From positions 452,062 to 516,061 of the forward strand of contig CAVXTP010000006.1 of assembly GCA_963764715.1 (NCBI GenBank): DNA of 64,000 nt, read 5' to 3'. The notes under the pieces were generated by a model. The model saw only the letters and a list, made by a program, of their open reading frames with translations, did not search any database and had not been told where the DNA came from. This document shows positions 57,781 to 64,000 of this stretch, one piece after another (positions within the stretch are counted from its first letter, which is position 1; the number at the start of each line of letters is the position of its first letter). The position numbers and the translations under genes were made by a program. Source of the stretch: an uncultured Acidobacteriota bacterium (GTDB lineage Bacteria > Acidobacteriota > Thermoanaerobaculia > UBA5066 > Gp7-AA6).

Positions 57781-57818
57781 GTTGAAACTTCCTCACCTTG
57801 AGGTTGAATTTCTCAACC
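57781..57818. promoter_or_regulatory. Putative tandem enhancer (UAS) for the adjacent activator
   Basis: GGTTGA-N5-TCAACC (57802-57818) plus a degenerate copy 21 bp away (57781-57797). Confidence 0.55.
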
Positions 57819-57820
57819 GC

Positions 57821-59198
<1,378 letters not shown>

Positions 59199-59202
<4 letters not shown>

Positions 59203-59921
59203 CCCGCCTCCCCCGCGATTGCCGGGAGCGACAGGCGGATGAGCGTCCCTCCGCCCGGCTGCGAGAGGATCCGGATCGTCCCCCGGTGGAATCTCACGAT
59301 CTGGCTGGCGGTCGAGAGGCCGAGGCCGACGCCCTCGGGCTTCGTCGTCGCGTACGGCTGAAACAGGCGGTCCCTCAGGAACTCGGGCGTCATCCCGGCC
59401 CCATTGTCGATGAACTCCACGACCGCGCGGGGCCGGCGGCTCGTGCCGCCCCGATAGCTCCGGACGAGCACCTTGCCCTCGGGGATGGCCGCCTCCCATG
59501 CGTTTTCGAGCAGGCTCGCGAAGGCGTCGTCGAGGTAGACCGGATCTCCCCAGATCCGGGGAACTTCCCCCAGCGCGAGCGACACGGACGGGCCGTCCCC
59601 GGACCCACCGGAGCCCCCGCGCCCGCCACGGCGGGTCGGCTTGCCGGCGACCTTCCGGAGCAGCTCGTTGATGTCGAGGTCGACCTTGACGAGCAGCGCG
59701 TCCTCGCGCTCGACGAAACGGCCGGCGATGCCCTCCAGCCGCTCGACGGTCGACGCCAGCAGGTCCCGCACGGTCTTTCGAAACTCGGCGTCGTCCCAGT
59801 GCTCGTCCAGGTTCGAAAGCAGGAGGCGGAGGCGGAAGGACATGTTCTTGACGTCGTGGACGAGGACGCGGTCGAGCGCCGAGCGCAGGCGCGCCGGAAA
59901 ACGCGGACCCTTCGGCGGCAT
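59199..59921 (-). CDS. Cytoplasmic histidine kinase core without sensor domain (PrsK-like H-box)
   Basis: VHDVKN, LLENAWEA, DNGAGM..LFQPYATTK..GVGLGL, GGT. Confidence 0.85.
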
Positions 59922-59944
59922 CGCGGTCGCGCCGGCGGCGCGCC

Positions 59945-60697
59945 CTACCGGGCCGCGGTCGCCGGGAGGCGGACCTTGACCGCCATCCCGGGGCGCAGCA
60001 CCGACTTGGCCGGCTCGCGCCGGACGCGGACCACGACCTGGAAGGTCCCGCTGGCGGCGTCGACGGCCGGGCTGATGAACTGGATCTCGCCCGTCGTCTT
60101 CGCGTCGGGAAAGCGATCGGGCACGACCTCGACGCGGTCGCCCACGCGGACCTGGAGCAACCGTTCCTCGGGCAGATAGATCCGCGCCAGAAGGGGCTCC
60201 ATCGCGGTGATCTTGAAGAGCGGCTCGATCCGGTCCTCGATCACCTTCTGGCCGACGCGGGCGTATTTTTCGGTCACGACGCCCGCGAACGGAGCGCGGA
60301 TCACGGCGTAGTCGAGCTGCGTCTTCATCTTCTCCCAGCGCGCCACGGCCACGGCGTATTGCGCCTTCTTCTCGTCGAGGTCCTGGACGCTCATCACCTG
60401 CGACTTCGCCAGGGCTTCCGCGCGGTCGTACTCGGCCTTGCGCAGGTCCATGTCTTCCTTGGCCTCGCGGACGTCCGCCTCGAGGGCCCGCGCGTCCAGG
60501 GTCGCCAGCGTCTGGCCCTGCGCGACCGCCGTGCCCCGGTCGACCGCGATCGACTCGACGATGCCGGTGATCCGCGCCGAAACGACGACGTCCTGGTCGA
60601 CCATGAGGTGGGTCGCGTAAACGGCGTCGTCGGCGGGCGCGCCGCGGGCGGCCGCGCCGGCGAGCAGGAGCAGAAACAGCGGCAGAGCTCTTTTCAC
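59945..60697 (-). CDS. Efflux RND/HlyD-type periplasmic adaptor with signal peptide
   Basis: MKRALPLFLLLLAG, ARITGIV..GQTLATLD, IRAPFAGVV, VDAASGTF, LRPGM. Confidence 0.88.
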   Translation of the reverse strand: MKRALPLFLLLLAGAAARGAPADDAVYATHLMVDQDVVVSARITGIVESIAVDRGTAVAQGQTLATLDARALEADVREAKEDMDLRKAEYDRAEALAKSQVMSVQDLDEKKAQYAVAVARWEKMKTQLDYAVIRAPFAGVVTEKYARVGQKVIEDRIEPLFKITAMEPLLARIYLPEERLLQVRVGDRVEVVPDRFPDAKTTGEIQFISPAVDAASGTFQVVVRVRREPAKSVLRPGMAVKVRLPATAAR

Positions 60698-60739
60698 GAT
60701 ATCGGAGAAACGCCGTGATGCTATCGTTTAGAAAGTCTC

Positions 60740-61084
60740 ATGTCGATCACCCTGGCGAGCGAATCCCCCTCCATCGAGCAGAAGGGGCTCCGGGCCAACT
60801 TCTCCTGGACCATGTCCGAGCCCTGGGACGAGCGCCGCCTCGCGGCCTTCCTGATGACCAAGCATCGGCGGAGCGACTCGGACTGGACCCGCCGCCCGTC
60901 GCCCTTCTTCGCGTCGCTCGGGCAGGCCACCGTCGAGTGCTCGGTCCCGGTCGCCCGGCCCGAAGCCCTCCCCGACCTGGCCGCGATCCTGACGGTCGAG
61001 CTGACCGGCATCCTGACGGGGGCGAGCGCGATTTACCAACAGATGGTGGCCGGCCAGGACTGGAAGACGGTCTCCCCGCCCTGA
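60740..61084 (+). CDS. Hypothetical protein
   Basis: 114-aa ORF with host-like codon usage filling the gap; no family recognised. Confidence 0.5.
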   Translation: MSITLASESPSIEQKGLRANFSWTMSEPWDERRLAAFLMTKHRRSDSDWTRRPSPFFASLGQATVECSVPVARPEALPDLAAILTVELTGILTGASAIYQQMVAGQDWKTVSPP

Positions 61085-61199
61085 ACCGGGCCCCGTCCGG
61101 GGGTCATTTCTCTAGGCTCCAAACCGCCCGACGGCGGTGTACGCTTTCGCCGCCCGGGCCGACGGATCGCCGGGCGACCCGGACGGCCAGGAGGTGACC

Positions 61200-62333
61200 A
61201 TGATCTCGGTGCCCTCGCTTCGGCTGAACCAGTTTGGGGTGCGGTTCTACGAGGCCCTGCTCTCGGGCGCGGACCTGCAGTCCCTGGTCGGCTTCGAGGT
61301 CCTGTCCTTCGGCCCTGGAAGCGAAACGACCCGCGGCAAGGCGGCGAAGAAGGCCCCTCACGGCCGGGTCAACTGGGAGTTCCTGGAAAAGCGGATTTCG
61401 GCCTCCGAGCAGGCCTTCCAGCGGCCGATCATCAAGAAGAAGATCGACGAGCTCGTCGCCTACTACCTCCAGTGCGCCGACTCGGGGACCCTTCCGGCCA
61501 TCCCCGGCAGCGTGCTCCTCGTCTCGGAGAAGCGGCTCGAGTTTGCGCCGTCGGGCGGCCGGTCCGACGCCGGCTCGCTCAAGCTGCCGGAGGAGTCGGG
61601 CATCCTCCGGGCCCTCGACGGGCAGCACCGCCTCCTCGCCCTCCACCAGCTCGCCGAAAAGCACAGCCTGCGCGACTTCCAGGTGCCGGCCGTCGTCTTC
61701 GACAACCTGACGCCCGACCAGGTCGTCGAGCTCTTCGTGACGATCAACAGCAAGCACACGAAGTTGAACCCCTCGCACCTGATCTCGCTCGCCGGCCGGC
61801 GCCTCTACCGCGACGACAACCTCGCGGCGGCCCACGACGTCGTCCGGACGCTCAACGAGGACGAGGGCTCGCCGCTGAAGGGCTCGATCAAGGTGCTCGG
61901 CATCGGCAAGGGCACGGTGACCCAGGCCTCGCTCGCCGACGAGCTGCGCGACGTCTTCGCCGCGATCGACACCGCCGGCGGGCGCGTGGCCCGGGAGTTC
62001 CGCGAAAACTCCCGGCGCTTCTTCCTGAACTACTTCAAGGCCGCCGCCCGGGCCTTCCCGGCGGCGTTCGCGGGGCGCAAGTACTCGATCAAGAGCTCGA
62101 CCTCGCTGCGCGCCTTCATCCGCATCGTCCCGTACGTGATCGCCATGGTCCGCAAGCGGGGCGGCGACGTCTGGTCGGCGGGCGAGCTCGACGCCGCCCT
62201 GCGCCCGTGGGCGGAGGCGATCGGCGACCGGCGCTTCGAGACCGACACGGTCTGGAAGGAAAAGCTGACCGGCGGCACGCGCTCCGGCGTCGAGATCCTC
62301 GCACGGGAGCTGCGGCAGGGCCTCAACACCTGA
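61200..62333 (+). CDS. DGQHR domain protein (DndB/ParB-like)
   Basis: AFQRPI, IPGSVLL, LDGQHRL, LFVTINSK; RBS GGAGG. Confidence 0.88.
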   Translation: MISVPSLRLNQFGVRFYEALLSGADLQSLVGFEVLSFGPGSETTRGKAAKKAPHGRVNWEFLEKRISASEQAFQRPIIKKKIDELVAYYLQCADSGTLPAIPGSVLLVSEKRLEFAPSGGRSDAGSLKLPEESGILRALDGQHRLLALHQLAEKHSLRDFQVPAVVFDNLTPDQVVELFVTINSKHTKLNPSHLISLAGRRLYRDDNLAAAHDVVRTLNEDEGSPLKGSIKVLGIGKGTVTQASLADELRDVFAAIDTAGGRVAREFRENSRRFFLNYFKAAARAFPAAFAGRKYSIKSSTSLRAFIRIVPYVIAMVRKRGGDVWSAGELDAALRPWAEAIGDRRFETDTVWKEKLTGGTRSGVEILARELRQGLNT

Positions 62334-62386
62334 GCGGCTGAACCCTCGGCCCGGAAAAACGTAATTAGAGGCGGAGGTAACGCGAT

Positions 62387-62971
62387 TTGGCCGCAATCGG
62401 AGGCTGCCTGGTCATCCTGCTCGTCGGCGCCGTCTTCTGCGCCATCTGGGCGATCTGGCGCTACAACAACCTCGTCTCGCTGCGAAACCAGGTGGCCAAC
62501 GGCTGGAAGCAGATCGACGTCCAGCTGAAGCGCCGGCACGACCTCATCCCGAACCTCGTCGCGGCCGTCAAGGGCGAGATGCAGTTCGAGCAGGACACCC
62601 TCGAGAAGGTGATCCAGGCCCGCAACTCAGCGGTCGCCGCCCGGGGAGTCGCCGACGCCGCCGACAAGGAGAACGCCCTGACGCAGACCCTCTCGCGCCT
62701 CTTCGCGCTGGCCGAGAACTACCCGACGCTCAAAGCGAACGAGTCGGTCAAGTCGCTCATGGAGGAGCTCTCGTCGACGGAGAACCGGATCGGCTTCGCC
62801 CGCCAGTTCTACAACGACATCGCGACGCGCTACAACACGGCCCAGCAGGTCTTTCCGGACAGCCTGATCGCCCAGGCATTCAAGTTCCAGCCGGTCGAGC
62901 TCTTCGAGATCCAGGACGCCGCCGAGCGCGCGGTGCCGAAGGTGGACCTGAGCCTTCGCCCGCCGCAGTAG
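62387..62971 (+). CDS. lemA: LemA family protein
   Basis: YNNLV, IDVQLKRRHDLIPNLV, ENYPTLKAN, TENRIGFARQFYN. Confidence 0.93.
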   Translation: MAAIGGCLVILLVGAVFCAIWAIWRYNNLVSLRNQVANGWKQIDVQLKRRHDLIPNLVAAVKGEMQFEQDTLEKVIQARNSAVAARGVADAADKENALTQTLSRLFALAENYPTLKANESVKSLMEELSSTENRIGFARQFYNDIATRYNTAQQVFPDSLIAQAFKFQPVELFEIQDAAERAVPKVDLSLRPPQ

Positions 62972-63001
62972 GGAGCCCGGGTCTCCCCGGCCGGGACTCC
63001 G

Positions 63002-63961
63002 ATGCCGCTCAATCTCTACGACCAGCAGAAGCGCAACATCGCGAACACGCGGATGTTCATCGCGGGATTCATCCTGCTGCTCGTCCTCGTCGGGCTCGGC
63101 GCCGACGGCATCCTGTACGCCGGCGGCTTCTCGCCGGGCCTGCCGATCGCGACGCTCGGCGCCCTCTGCGTCGGGGGCTTCTCGGCCTGGTGGTCGCTGC
63201 AGGGCGGCGACCGGGCGGTGATCGAGTCGACCCGGGCCGCTCCGCTCAACCCGGCGGATCCCCGGCACCGGGTCCTCGAAAACGTCGTCGAGGAGATGGC
63301 GATCGCGAGCGGGCTGCCGAAGCCCGCGATCTGGGTCATCCCGGACGCCGACCCCAACGCCTTCGCGACCGGCACCGGCCCCGAGCGCTCCTCGATCGCC
63401 GTCACGCAGGGACTGCTCGACAAGCTCGACCGGGACGAGCTGCAGGGCGTCGTGTCCCACGAGCTCTCGCACGTCCGCAACTACGACGTGCGCCTGATGA
63501 CGGTCGTCGCCGCGCTCGCGGGCGCGATCCTGCTGCTCTCGGACTGGAGCCGCCGGGGCCTGGGGTTCGGACGGCGGAGGGATTCGTCGTCCAAGGGCGG
63601 CGGCCTCGGCCTGCTCTTCGTCGCGCTCTGGCTGGTGTCGATCGTGCTCGCGCCGATCATCGCCCAGCTCGTCTCGCTCGCCGTTTCGCGCCAGCGCGAG
63701 TACCTCGCCGACGCGTCCGGAGCGGAGCTGACGCGCAACCCGCTCGGCCTCGCCTCGGCGCTCGAGAAGATCGCCGCCGCCGTCGAGCCCACGCCCTCGA
63801 TCAAGCAGGGCATCGCGCACCTCTGCATCGAGGACCCGCGCGGACGGCCCGTCAACGGCCAGGAGGGCTTCGTCGCGAACCTCTTCGCGACGCACCCGCC
63901 CGTCGAGAAGCGGATCGCGGCGCTGCGGGCGATGGCGTACCAGCCGGCCGGCGCCCGCTGA
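63002..63961 (+). CDS. htpX: M48 family zinc metalloprotease HtpX
   Basis: PNAFATG, HELSH, SRQREYLAD, LFATHPP. Confidence 0.9.
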   Translation: MPLNLYDQQKRNIANTRMFIAGFILLLVLVGLGADGILYAGGFSPGLPIATLGALCVGGFSAWWSLQGGDRAVIESTRAAPLNPADPRHRVLENVVEEMAIASGLPKPAIWVIPDADPNAFATGTGPERSSIAVTQGLLDKLDRDELQGVVSHELSHVRNYDVRLMTVVAALAGAILLLSDWSRRGLGFGRRRDSSSKGGGLGLLFVALWLVSIVLAPIIAQLVSLAVSRQREYLADASGAELTRNPLGLASALEKIAAAVEPTPSIKQGIAHLCIEDPRGRPVNGQEGFVANLFATHPPVEKRIAALRAMAYQPAGAR

Positions 63962-64000
63962 GAAGACCGCCCCGGCGTCGGAGGGCGGAGCTCAGTCCAG

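Overview
High-GC (roughly 70% by eye) bacterial chromosomal segment. Gene content suggests Acidobacteriota, possibly Thermoanaerobaculia (inference only). Many genes carry single-base frameshifts, most likely long-read assembly errors. From left to right: smc, tRNA-Thr(CGT), a DES1-like desaturase, TonB, a porin divergent from an HTH-TOBE/modABC operon, and a PD40 protein. Next come a LytTR regulator with two LytS-type kinases (one degenerate) and a beta-lactamase-fold protein lacking its catalytic motifs, then surface-glycan genes and a stress/carbohydrate block (Ndh, glucose dehydrogenase, GH63, debranching enzyme, aquaporin-GMC-VOC). These are followed by an unusual sigma-factor hub (CMD-CMD-ECF fusion, zf-HC2 anti-sigmas, zf-HC2-GAF-PAS-GAF sigma54 activator, STAS, ECF), a RAYT transposase with its REP-like repeats, an S8 peptidase, a TonB-dependent receptor and a bufferin-type MNIO RiPP operon. 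The best candidate for an undescribed system is at 52.0-60.7 kb: a sigma54-driven, monocistronic 181-aa peptide (47-aa leader plus 14 identical RAAGKSIAG repeats), flanked by a PqqD-like/M50 peptidase/HlyD fusion, a multi-GAF-HlyD fusion, a third adaptor, a sensorless kinase and a sigma54 activator. A shared ECF-type promoter motif (GAAAC-N14-GGCATC) also precedes many minus-strand genes between 24.9 and 52 kb.
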